Origin: Pseudomonadota bacterium
GTDB lineage: Bacteria; Myxococcota_A; Polyangia; JAAYKL01
Length of the DNA stretch: 64,000 bases
Assembly (NCBI GenBank): GCA_023229365.1
Contig: JALNZK010000002.1
Location: 62,343 to 126,342, forward strand
Direction of reading: 5' to 3'
Position numbers and translations under genes: made by a program
The notes under the pieces: generated by a model
Seen by the model: the letters and a program-made list of their open reading frames with translations, nothing else
What the model was told of the DNA's origin: nothing
Databases searched by the model: none
Shown: piece after piece, positions 44,926 to 54,162 of the stretch
How the letters are laid out: each line of letters opens with the position of its first letter
Numbering within the stretch: the stretch's first letter is position 1

Positions 44926-45218
44926 CTATTCAACACACCCAACACCAGTTGAACACCTCCTTTTATGCCTTCCCTTTCAATCAATTCATAGGCTAAAGGC
45001 ACGCCTTCTTCAATAGAGGTGTTTAATGCTCGATCAATACAGGCAGCGGATTTGAAAATATTGGGACTAATTCTGCCGCCACAATGAAGTTGCTTATTGG
45101 CAAAAAAATCTTGCAAGTATCCTACTGCCAATTCCTCCACATTTTCCAAAAAATAATCATCAACGAACTCGACCCCTTGCTCTTCTGTTTCTTCGTAAAA
45201 AAGAGTAGACACAGACAT
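44841..45218 (-). CDS. hypothetical protein
   Basis: 125 aa ORF. Confidence 0.35.
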   Translation of the reverse strand: MSVSTLFYEETEEQGVEFVDDYFLENVEELAVGYLQDFFANKQLHCGGRISPNIFKSAACIDRALNTSIEEGVPLAYELIEREGIKGGVQLVLGVLNRCSQLGIPKCFRAGILLVNLELCYGVVI

Positions 45219-45283
45219 TTTATGCTCCTGTAAAGGGTACTGGTCTATTATTTAAATAATTATGACATCATAAAAAAAATGTG

Positions 45284-45601
45284 TCAAGGGGATTTGTCGT
45301 ACCCTTGCTCTATATTCTTGAATATCGGATAGCCAGGGCAATTATCCCCCAAAGCTACTCCCTGAACATGGGGGTCAATACCTGTTATTTTGCAGTTTTC
45401 TAAAAATTCGTTTACCGTCTCATCCATGCGTTTTTTTGCGACTTTTTTGTGTTTTATGCAATACCACTGCCATGCCAATGGGTCTTCTTGTAAATATCGG
45501 CATTGTCGATGATCTCCCACAAACATTAAACAAATATCTTGCAACTGTTTTTGACTCAACATAATGTTTTCCTTACATCCAAATGTGTTGTTCTTCTCCA
45601 A
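45284..45601 (-). CDS. hypothetical protein
   Basis: 105 aa ORF. Confidence 0.35.
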   Translation of the reverse strand: MEKNNTFGCKENIMLSQKQLQDICLMFVGDHRQCRYLQEDPLAWQWYCIKHKKVAKKRMDETVNEFLENCKITGIDPHVQGVALGDNCPGYPIFKNIEQGYDKSP

Positions 45602-46106
45602 TGTCAGATATCAGCACTCCCTCACCGTGTGAAATTTCATGCTGATGGGCGACACACAAAATACCATCCTCTTCAGCAGACAATACCATATCTACCGCAT
45701 CTATTCTGATTTTTCCGTCCACATACAGTTGTTGGCCTTCCACTCGGATTTTTTTAAACCGATCTACCTTAAACCAACGAGACGATCCATCAGGATTTGT
45801 GAGAGATAAGCACCCCTCAAAAGATGATACCTTTTCATCTTCTATGGGCGTATATTTGCAGTTTAAATAGTAGCCAAATGGCATCTCTGCCGATTTTCTG
45901 ACAACGTACATATTCCAAGGCAACCCCACCTGTACCGCATGAAGACCAATTCCTTTGCGTAATTTGCACAAAATTTCTAATGCAGCAAATATCTTATACA
46001 ATTCCACGGGGGATTTATCAGCAGAGCCAGCTTTGGGAATTTGGTCAACTGGAATTATTTTTGGGATAGTTTGGTCGTTATCGCATCGCTCTTTTGATAC
46101 AGCCAT
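45573..46106 (-). CDS. def: peptide deformylase
   Basis: GIGLHAVQVG (motif 1), EGCLS (motif 2) and QHEISHGEG (HExxH, motif 3). Confidence 0.8.
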   Translation of the reverse strand: MAVSKERCDNDQTIPKIIPVDQIPKAGSADKSPVELYKIFAALEILCKLRKGIGLHAVQVGLPWNMYVVRKSAEMPFGYYLNCKYTPIEDEKVSSFEGCLSLTNPDGSSRWFKVDRFKKIRVEGQQLYVDGKIRIDAVDMVLSAEEDGILCVAHQHEISHGEGVLISDIGEEQHIWM

Positions 46107-46315
46107 TTACGTAATACCTCGGGTTGTCCCCTAAGTTCGTTAGGAATTTTCAGGATTACAGGAATTTCTTCTCCATCCACTACCACAAGGTCCAATCCCT
46201 TGGTAATCAGTTTTCTGAGCAATTCAGATTTGTTCCATCCCATTTTTTTCGCAGATACATCTAGTAATTCTTGCATCTCTAATGGAAGCGATATACTCAT
46301 TACATTCTGTGCCAT
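46055..46315 (-). CDS. hypothetical protein
   Basis: 86 aa ORF. Confidence 0.3.
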   Translation of the reverse strand: MAQNVMSISLPLEMQELLDVSAKKMGWNKSELLRKLITKGLDLVVVDGEEIPVILKIPNELRGQPEVLRKWLYQKSDAITTKLSQK

Positions 46316-46325
46316 ATTTTACACC

Positions 46326-46550
46326 TTATACTGTTTTTGGTCTATTTGCTTTTATGCGTTTCATTTGGGCCGCTTTTTCTTTTCGCCTACGGCGTTCTCC
46401 CTTGCTTTCAAAATACTGTTTTGATTTCCACAAGGTCATCACACCAGAATCCGTTGTTTTTTTTCTAAACTTACCCAACAAATTCCTAAAGTTTTCTTCG
46501 GGCGACTTTCCATGTTCCACCCGCAAAATCGCTCTACAATTCACTGCCAT
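46326..46550 (-). CDS. rpsU: 30S ribosomal protein S21
   Basis: 74 aa basic protein with the S21-like pattern (FRNLLGKFRKK...YFESKGERRRRKEKAAQMKR). A GAGGAG Shine-Dalgarno lies upstream. Confidence 0.65.
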   Translation of the reverse strand: MAVNCRAILRVEHGKSPEENFRNLLGKFRKKTTDSGVMTLWKSKQYFESKGERRRRKEKAAQMKRIKANRPKTV

Positions 46551-47704
46551 GTTGTACTCCTCAAGTCTCTATTTACTTTTAAAAATTTTGCACCCATTTT
46601 ATTGGTTCGCATTTGTCGTACATTATCATAGAGTACGATCTCTTCTCTTTCTACTGGCGATGGCCACTTTTCTCGATCTAATTCCTTCAAAAATGACCCC
46701 ACAGTAGATAGTATAACATCAAAAAAGTTATTTTTCCATACATCTACGCTATTTTCTGGTACAATATTAGGAAAAGAAAATATATATCGCCTTGGAAGTG
46801 TTTTATCCGCCAATAAATCATCTATCTCATACTCTTTTTGCCCATTATACCTTAAACGCTCATCTAATGCCACAAACGGGGCTCTTGCTGCCATAGACCA
46901 ACGAGAAATACCAGAAAACACATCTAACACACATCCTACTGTTCTCATGACACCCATTAATTTTACCACATCCTTCTCAGTTGTATACATGCAACTGGGT
47001 AGTTCTGTGGAAAGATCATGAGTTGTAAAATTTTGATAAATAATGGGAGTAATACCACTGTCAACCAAGCTTTCTGCTAATTTTACCCAAAAACTCTTCG
47101 GACTCTTTATGTAAGTCAAAGACCCCTGCCGCCAGGACCGTATCTGTTCTACAGGATATAATAAAACTTTTGCACCACTTGCAATCAATTGCCTATTAAA
47201 TTCGGCCCCTAAAATACCAGATGAAGGAACGCTCATCAAATATCTGCGAACATGTTTGAACTTATCCCAAAATTCCTTCTTGATTCCATTGTCATAAACT
47301 GACAAAAATACTTCTGGCCCGGCGACATCTTCCAACCAATAATTCAATTCCCTTCTAAAATGCACACTTAACTCAGATTCGTTGTCAAAACCATTGGCAG
47401 ACAAAGCAAACTTTTTCAAAACACTTTCTTCACGTATCGTCCACACTTCATTCACATAAGGAAAAAGATGCTCATAACCGGGCCAAGTGCAGACAATGAA
47501 ATATTTAGAAGTTTTTACTTGTTCACGATAACGCTTTAACAACATAGAAGAAAGTATAAAACTGGATCGTATGTCCCCAAAAAATAAAACAGTACAAATA
47601 TTGGACAAATTGCCAGGGATGTCCTTCTCCACCCATCGGGTGCGAGTAAAACCACATTTATCTGCGGCTCGGGTTAGTATGGATGGGACATCAACATCTA
47701 TCAT
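46541..47704 (-). CDS. hypothetical protein
   Basis: 387 aa ORF. Confidence 0.4.
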   Translation of the reverse strand: MIDVDVPSILTRAADKCGFTRTRWVEKDIPGNLSNICTVLFFGDIRSSFILSSMLLKRYREQVKTSKYFIVCTWPGYEHLFPYVNEVWTIREESVLKKFALSANGFDNESELSVHFRRELNYWLEDVAGPEVFLSVYDNGIKKEFWDKFKHVRRYLMSVPSSGILGAEFNRQLIASGAKVLLYPVEQIRSWRQGSLTYIKSPKSFWVKLAESLVDSGITPIIYQNFTTHDLSTELPSCMYTTEKDVVKLMGVMRTVGCVLDVFSGISRWSMAARAPFVALDERLRYNGQKEYEIDDLLADKTLPRRYIFSFPNIVPENSVDVWKNNFFDVILSTVGSFLKELDREKWPSPVEREEIVLYDNVRQMRTNKMGAKFLKVNRDLRSTTWQ

Positions 47705-48846
47705 GTGTAAGCTCCAATTCTTTTATCATTCTCTTTTTTCCATTGTTGTGCCACATGTTCCGTCTCTAGTAATCCAAAAATATCTTCATAGTTTCCAATA
47801 TTCATTTCTAAAATAGCCCTCTTAGTCAAATCGATAAATGCCTCATTGTCATTATACGCATTCCAGAAATGAGAAACTATAAGTTTTCTTGGTCCGAAAT
47901 CACATAAATTTCTTCTATAACCTTCTTGTCCTATTCCCCAAATTTGATCTGGACTTTCTGCTAAAATATAAGGCACTCCCATCATTCCAGCCAAACGTGT
48001 AGAAGCTGTCCAAAACTGCACTGTGAATTCGCATTGTTTCACAATCGCAAATGTTAGTTCTAAATCTCTGGCTTCTATCTTGCGAGACATGTCTATGATT
48101 CCATCAACAGGACAGGCTTGTGTACTCTGTTTTTCGCCCAACCAAATTGGATTATAACCCATGTCACGCAATAATTTAACCAATTTAACGTAAAATTCAG
48201 GCTGTAAATTCCTGCCATAGGTGGCTCTGCCTCTAGCGAAAACAGCCACACTTTTTGGCTTTAAATATTTTTTTGCTTCCTCCATCTTATCAGGCGAAGG
48301 AGGTGGCAAAGGAATTGCCAATCGTTTCCAAAAATGTATATCATTAAATAAAGATTTGACAAAAGTTGCGTTTTTACAATTAGGACATTCTTCGGTGTCT
48401 TCACGCCAATAATGATTGCATTTTTTACAAGAATTGACTATCGCACAAGCCGCCAAATGCTCAGGTGGGCAAAAATTACCCAATTTTGCCACTTCTTTAT
48501 GCAAAAGGGCAATGTTTTTTGAGGAATTGCTAAATGCATTAGAGTAATCTCTAAGCCACTGATGTTCCTCTTTTAGTTCCCAAAACTCATCTGCCAAGTG
48601 TCGATACAAATAAGAACGACCGTACCATCCTAAGACAATTACATACAAACCGCCATAATTCTGTAATACTTTTGGGATGCTATAAAGCACAGATAATGTT
48701 TCACACCCAAACTCAAAAAGCGTAGAAATAATTAGAATTTTGCGAATATCTTTGGGCTTAGGCCGAGCATTAAATTTATGGACATTAAAACTAATATCCT
48801 CCATTGTTTCTTCTTTGGCTTTGGGGGGCGACTTGATTAACCTCAT
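47701..48846 (-). CDS. hypothetical protein
   Basis: 381 aa ORF. Confidence 0.4.
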   Translation of the reverse strand: MRLIKSPPKAKEETMEDISFNVHKFNARPKPKDIRKILIISTLFEFGCETLSVLYSIPKVLQNYGGLYVIVLGWYGRSYLYRHLADEFWELKEEHQWLRDYSNAFSNSSKNIALLHKEVAKLGNFCPPEHLAACAIVNSCKKCNHYWREDTEECPNCKNATFVKSLFNDIHFWKRLAIPLPPPSPDKMEEAKKYLKPKSVAVFARGRATYGRNLQPEFYVKLVKLLRDMGYNPIWLGEKQSTQACPVDGIIDMSRKIEARDLELTFAIVKQCEFTVQFWTASTRLAGMMGVPYILAESPDQIWGIGQEGYRRNLCDFGPRKLIVSHFWNAYNDNEAFIDLTKRAILEMNIGNYEDIFGLLETEHVAQQWKKENDKRIGAYT

Positions 48847-49028
48847 GTATTTCCCCGAATTCTAATAAGCTTGACTTGCGTGTTGCATTTAGGGCATTTG
48901 AAAACTCTTGGACCGCCACAATTAGCACACTTTTTTACTTCGGCAAGATGAGCCAAATCAGCAGATATGCCAGTAGATAGCTCTGTCCACTTGCAATGAC
49001 GACAGTGCATTTTGAAGCATTTTTCCAT
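48843..49028 (-). CDS. zinc-ribbon small protein
   Basis: 61 aa with CRHCKW...CANCGG...CPKC. Confidence 0.3.
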   Translation of the reverse strand: MEKCFKMHCRHCKWTELSTGISADLAHLAEVKKCANCGGPRVFKCPKCNTQVKLIRIRGNT

Positions 49029-49082
49029 GCTTTAGCAGAGTAAGCTGTAAAAAAATTGCATTCCTAAAACGAAAACAAATCT

Positions 49083-50396
49083 CTAACCCCCGCCACCAGC
49101 TACCGCACCATAGTTGGGGAAAGAATAACTGGCGACTGCGGTTTGATCTAATCTATTTGCACCAATTTGAATAGTATTAGCCACCTCCAGCACATCCATT
49201 GATGTAGAAACATTACAAACACTCAATTCTGAATTTCTGATTATTGCTCTGGCAAATAGAGCAGATATGCTGGTGCCTGCGGTGTTAATGAACGGTCGAT
49301 AAAACCCAGTTAATACAACATTACTTACATTTACATTGCCCGATGTTGAATTATCATCAATGATAATGGGTCGATTGTTTGGTGTTGCGTCAAAATCAGT
49401 AGATGCTGATAATTTGCCAACTCTAATATTTCTATCTAAATTATATACTCGACCAGTATTATAATACCTGCCTGTGTAGGCTTCCGCAATTTGAATGTCA
49501 GTATTTGCACTATTTGAACTATTAGCGACCAATGAGACAATTGTAGCTGGTCCCAATCCTGCGTCGGCAAAACTATCGTAAATATTTTGTGAATATGTCC
49601 CGTTCTTATGAATTAACAACTCCTGCCCATTGGCCCATGTTGTTGTCACATCTCCCACTACTGTAAATGTCAATCCTAATGATGGTTGCCACCCATTGAT
49701 ACAAGTGCCCACTCCAGTAGAATTGCCGCCAGGGTTGAACGTAGAATTCAATATGGCACTGGCTGAAAGCCATCGATATGGCAAAATACCTCCTACTTCA
49801 GCCGACAATCTCCAACGACTCACATCTGCATCGTACCAAATAAAATATTGAGCCCCGCCAACAAGGCCATCTCTTTGATAAACTGTATGATCGTTCCATC
49901 CAGATGGATAATCAGAGGTTGGGTAGTAATATCCAGTCACATCGGGGCTTAATGTGCCAGTCACGGTACAAAAATCCGCTATACTTGTGCATAAAATATT
50001 GCTATACAATAACGGATCGCCATATAAGGTCAATTTTCCACCATCGGCAATTGTTATACCGTTCGCTCCATCCGTAGTTGTATCCCACAATATTTCGGCT
50101 GTATATGCTTTATCTAACACAGAACCTACCGTACCAATTCGCAATTCCCCAGTGGCACCAATCGCAATAGTATAATTACCCATTGTAAGCTTGGTTGATG
50201 CAGTCGTAGAAAAACTTAAAATCCCATTAACTACAATGCCTTTACTTGGTGTTGTGCTGTTGAGATCACAAGTCACAGTATCAGTAGACGCTATAACAAC
50301 ATCATCTGTGCCTATGGTTGGTGCAACACCACCCGACCATGTTGCACCAACCGACCATGTTCCACCACCAGTGCCATTGGATGTTTTTGTTGCCAT
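49083..50396 (-). CDS. Gly/Thr/Ser-rich repeat protein, probable fibre/structural protein
   Basis: 437 aa of low-complexity beta-rich sequence (GTGGGTWSVGATWSGGVAPTIGTDDVVIASTD...). Confidence 0.4.
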   Translation of the reverse strand: MATKTSNGTGGGTWSVGATWSGGVAPTIGTDDVVIASTDTVTCDLNSTTPSKGIVVNGILSFSTTASTKLTMGNYTIAIGATGELRIGTVGSVLDKAYTAEILWDTTTDGANGITIADGGKLTLYGDPLLYSNILCTSIADFCTVTGTLSPDVTGYYYPTSDYPSGWNDHTVYQRDGLVGGAQYFIWYDADVSRWRLSAEVGGILPYRWLSASAILNSTFNPGGNSTGVGTCINGWQPSLGLTFTVVGDVTTTWANGQELLIHKNGTYSQNIYDSFADAGLGPATIVSLVANSSNSANTDIQIAEAYTGRYYNTGRVYNLDRNIRVGKLSASTDFDATPNNRPIIIDDNSTSGNVNVSNVVLTGFYRPFINTAGTSISALFARAIIRNSELSVCNVSTSMDVLEVANTIQIGANRLDQTAVASYSFPNYGAVAGGGG

Positions 50397-50398
50397 AA

Positions 50399-51025
50399 TT
50401 AATCTCCCTGTGGGCTAATAGAATAGGGGAAACTTTGCGTCATAGCTGTGCTTAAAGCATCTATTTTACCTTTAAGAACTTGAATTTGTTTCTCAAATTT
50501 AGAAGCATTTTCCCCTCGACTCTCAAAAGCATTTAATTTGCACTCCATTTCGTGCAATTGAATTTTTAATGCATCCAAATTCTTGATATCTTCTTCGGAG
50601 AAAGTCAGCCCCAAAGAACCGGGCTCCAAAGACTGATCCATACCCACAGTATTTTGTCTTATGGGATTTGGTGTTTGAGCAATACTTTTCGCCACATTAG
50701 CAACATCTTCGGTGCTTTCTACAATGTCCTTTGTAGAAAGCCCAACCATACGACGCCATTCTTTGACTAATTTGGGGTCTATTGCCTCATTCAAAACAGA
50801 AGGATTTTCTGCCTTTTTGGTTACTTGATTCCAATATTTAACATCCTGCTCGGCTGGCTTATCGGTGGGGTGCGTATTTTGCAGCCCAAAGAAGCTTTCC
50901 TCGGAGGTTTTGGGAGAAGGAGTTACATTTGCTGCATTCTTAAACTTACCATCTGCTGTTGCTTTTTCTATAATTTGAGCCCATTTTTCTAGCTCTTCTC
51001 TATCTTGATAATACATATTTGCCAT
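50399..51025 (-). CDS. hypothetical protein
   Basis: 208 aa ORF. Confidence 0.4.
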   Translation of the reverse strand: MANMYYQDREELEKWAQIIEKATADGKFKNAANVTPSPKTSEESFFGLQNTHPTDKPAEQDVKYWNQVTKKAENPSVLNEAIDPKLVKEWRRMVGLSTKDIVESTEDVANVAKSIAQTPNPIRQNTVGMDQSLEPGSLGLTFSEEDIKNLDALKIQLHEMECKLNAFESRGENASKFEKQIQVLKGKIDALSTAMTQSFPYSISPQGD

Positions 51026-51066
51026 ATTTTTGACCTCTCGAATAATTAGTCACAGATATATATGTT

Positions 51067-51471
51067 CTAATTATTTATTTTCGGCCTTATTAATTCTATT
51101 ACCTCCCATTGTGGATCATCAGGCGGCACACATTCCCTATCTGTGTAGTAATAGAACTCGGCAACAAACTCATAAGGCTTCTGAGCCACTTCGTCTTCTG
51201 ACATGCCATCTAATAGGTCTTGGGCTATCTCAGCAGGGGTATGCCAAGAACTCTCCTTATTAGCATAAAATAGTTTAGACATTATGTTGGCAGCGGATTG
51301 AGCCGAATTGGGACGCTGCAATGTCTGAATGAGGAATTTCTTTTCTTCGCCATTTATTAGCTCACAAACGGCGTGAAAACAAGCCATTACCTGCCCTGGT
51401 TTGGGCTGGTGCTCCCGAATGTTGAAAAAATATTCGTTGAAATTAGATTGATCGATATCTTGATAGGTCAT
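51067..51471 (-). CDS. hypothetical protein
   Basis: 134 aa ORF. Confidence 0.35.
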   Translation of the reverse strand: MTYQDIDQSNFNEYFFNIREHQPKPGQVMACFHAVCELINGEEKKFLIQTLQRPNSAQSAANIMSKLFYANKESSWHTPAEIAQDLLDGMSEDEVAQKPYEFVAEFYYYTDRECVPPDDPQWEVIELIRPKINN

Positions 51472-51520
51472 GAAAAACCCTTTCTTGTTCTATATAAGAA
51501 AGTTAGCAAATTAAAAAATT

Positions 51521-52624
51521 ATGATATTTGCTCCATTATCTCCGCAATATATTCGCAATTATGAACATTTGACACATTACCAAACAGTGGCTCTCCGTTA
51601 CCTAAAAAAAAAGGCCGGAACATCAACAAACAATGTTGTTTTACATACCTCTGGCACAACCACTGGTTGTGCAAAAATGTACAAATATTCTGTGCCTGAA
51701 TTTGTAAATATTGAAAAATATCATTTTAATAAAATTTGTTACCTAAACAACCTAAATCCCAGGCTACGCATTGCATGGATGGTGTCAACAGCCAATTCAC
51801 AGTCTTTAAGCATTGATGGTCCATCCACTATTGCATCTCTAAACAACAATGTTTATACAATTTCAATCCCTTACAATGCCAATAAACAACAGTGGGAAGA
51901 AGCGTATGACATAACTGCCCAAATATGTCCAGATTTGGTCTATACGACACCATCTACTTTTATGGCGTCTTATTTTGCCACAGAAAACAAAACACCACTT
52001 AACTGTGTGGTTATGTTTAGCTGTGAGACCTTGTTTGACGACACTCGTGATAAATCACTCAAAATATACACATCTGTTATAGATAAAATGAGAGCGTGGG
52101 ATACGGGGCTAAGCTTTATAGAATGCAGGTACGGAACAAAACATATTGATGACGAATTATGTCTTGTTGAACAAAATAACTACAACGAAATTACAAGCAC
52201 AGATTTTTTCAATTACAGCCAACCATACGCCTCTTGTAAAACCGATGATCTGGGCGTAATACAAACAAAGAGTTGCCAATGCGGCATTTATGGCAGGGTC
52301 TTTACAGAATTTACAGGAAAGTCTATACAATGTCTTTGGGATAATAACAAAACGCCTTGTGACCCACATACAATTACATCATTTATATCTTCATTTCTTA
52401 AATCAAAAAATCAAACACCTGTGCCGTATATGATTCGACAAAACAAAAAAGGAATAATCACCTTATTTATAGATCAGCAAAATGAGACATCTGTATTGAT
52501 AACAAAAGATGTGTTAAAAGGATTATTGCATCAACCAGTGCAAATAGAACAATATGAGAATGCTCCAAGAAACAGCGACAATAAATTACTCTTTATCTCC
52601 TCCGAGTTCTCCTCTGTGCAATAA
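51521..52624 (+). CDS. adenylate-forming enzyme (PaaK / F390-synthetase-like)
   Basis: VVLHTSGTTTGCAKM matches the AMP-binding SGTTGxPK motif. The 367 aa size fits the PaaK/CapK family. It is convergent with the radical-SAM maturase. Confidence 0.4.
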   Translation: MIFAPLSPQYIRNYEHLTHYQTVALRYLKKKAGTSTNNVVLHTSGTTTGCAKMYKYSVPEFVNIEKYHFNKICYLNNLNPRLRIAWMVSTANSQSLSIDGPSTIASLNNNVYTISIPYNANKQQWEEAYDITAQICPDLVYTTPSTFMASYFATENKTPLNCVVMFSCETLFDDTRDKSLKIYTSVIDKMRAWDTGLSFIECRYGTKHIDDELCLVEQNNYNEITSTDFFNYSQPYASCKTDDLGVIQTKSCQCGIYGRVFTEFTGKSIQCLWDNNKTPCDPHTITSFISSFLKSKNQTPVPYMIRQNKKGIITLFIDQQNETSVLITKDVLKGLLHQPVQIEQYENAPRNSDNKLLFISSEFSSVQ

Positions 52625-53917
52625 GAAATAATACAATCCTACAATTGCATTATTGATAGTCCATCGAATTGTTTGACAACCACCATAATGGCATTTTTCA
52701 CAATTGTATTTCTTGTGTCGTTCTACACAACCTCCACCACAACTAGGTAATATGGGGCAATGAACACACTCCGTATCTTCACAGGGACTAATTGCTATAG
52801 CACTGTCTTCCTCTGCCAGTTTCATGTCATATATGGTTCCAATGGCGTCTTCGTCGCTTATTCCACCAATACATTTGGTCACATTACCGTTTGGAGCTAT
52901 TGTGTAATAAAATCTCATATTCTTCATGCACCCCGGTAAGGTAGGAGCAAGAAACCTATATACTTCTGTCTTTCCTTTCAATGCTTGAATAGTATCATTG
53001 GTCACAATGGCAAAATCTTCTTGCTTCATGCCCAATTGATTTGGAAATCGAGTCATCGCTGGCGATGGATTAACAATACCACCGGCAGAATTTCTCTGAT
53101 TGAGACCTTTGTTTAATATATCATCTAAAAATTGCTTGTATTGTTCAGAGTTTGAGTAATCAAGATTACTTCGCACATCTATTTCCAATCCCTTAGAATA
53201 TCCAGCAATTAAGTTCTCCATAATAATGTCATAAGAAGATGGGTTGGCACCAATTAAAGGTCTTCTTGCGTCATGTATTTCACGCATCCCATCAATAGTA
53301 ATTTGAACACTACGACAATTGATTGACAGCAATCGATCTATCATTTCGTTGTCTAATAATGTGCCGTTAGTAATAATATTGTTTGAGAATTTCACCCCTC
53401 TATTTTTGCAAACATCTTTAATTTTTTTGGCAAGATCACATACTATATTTGGGCACAACAACGGCTCGCCGCCATACCAAGTTATAGAAAAATTTATTGT
53501 AGGGGTGGAAGAAATACAATGGTCAATAAATCGCACAAGCTGATCTTGTACATCGGATGACATGTCGGTAGCCATGCAATATTCTTTGCACTCTTTTTCA
53601 TAACAATAAAAACAAGCTGCATTGCAGCGACTAGTCACAACAATGACAAATTTCTTCTCTTGATTGTTGTTAAGATGATCTACATCAGTTTGTCGAAAAG
53701 TTGCAAACTCATCCTCATCAACAGGCACTAAAAATTTGTGTTTGCGAAGCTTTCTTTTGAACTTACTTAAACATAATGTGCTGTCGGCTATTTTTTGAAA
53801 ATCCTTTAATCGATCATTCAATTTTATCAATGTGCCAGACACTTGGTTGTACAATAACCAAACATCTTCATGCTGCACCAATATGTTGTATTTAGAAAGT
53901 TTATACCTTTTAAACAT
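52586..53917 (-). CDS. radical SAM/SPASM peptide-maturase-like enzyme
   Basis: CNAACFYC (Cx3Cx2C) follows a roughly 95 aa N-terminal extension that looks like an RRE. The C-terminal SPASM region carries extra cluster cysteines (CEDTECVHCPILPSCGGGC...CEKCHYGGC). Confidence 0.75.
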   Translation of the reverse strand: MFKRYKLSKYNILVQHEDVWLLYNQVSGTLIKLNDRLKDFQKIADSTLCLSKFKRKLRKHKFLVPVDEDEFATFRQTDVDHLNNNQEKKFVIVVTSRCNAACFYCYEKECKEYCMATDMSSDVQDQLVRFIDHCISSTPTINFSITWYGGEPLLCPNIVCDLAKKIKDVCKNRGVKFSNNIITNGTLLDNEMIDRLLSINCRSVQITIDGMREIHDARRPLIGANPSSYDIIMENLIAGYSKGLEIDVRSNLDYSNSEQYKQFLDDILNKGLNQRNSAGGIVNPSPAMTRFPNQLGMKQEDFAIVTNDTIQALKGKTEVYRFLAPTLPGCMKNMRFYYTIAPNGNVTKCIGGISDEDAIGTIYDMKLAEEDSAIAISPCEDTECVHCPILPSCGGGCVERHKKYNCEKCHYGGCQTIRWTINNAIVGLYYFLLHRGELGGDKE

Positions 53918-53929
53918 CTTATCCCTTTA

Positions 53930-54133
53930 TCAAGCTACCATATTGCTACAACAACCACTACAACCACAAACGCTACTAAAATCTGCTAATACAGTCTGAC
54001 AAGCGTGGGGAGCATCTGTTCGAACAAATACTTCACACTCATCAAAGGAAAACAATCCATTAAACAAAATACGAAACAACTTGGGATACCATTTTCGTTG
54101 TTGAGTGCAGGATTTTTCACTTGTTGCTAACAT
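53930..54133 (-). CDS. Cys-rich small peptide, candidate RiPP precursor
   Basis: 67 aa with a strong AAGGAGG Shine-Dalgarno. Its stop lies 13 nt upstream of the radical SAM gene. The C-terminus is cysteine-dense (SSVCGCSGCCSNMVA). Confidence 0.45.
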   Translation of the reverse strand: MLATSEKSCTQQRKWYPKLFRILFNGLFSFDECEVFVRTDAPHACQTVLADFSSVCGCSGCCSNMVA

Positions 54134-54162
54134 TGTACCTCCTTTAGGACAAGCATATATAG

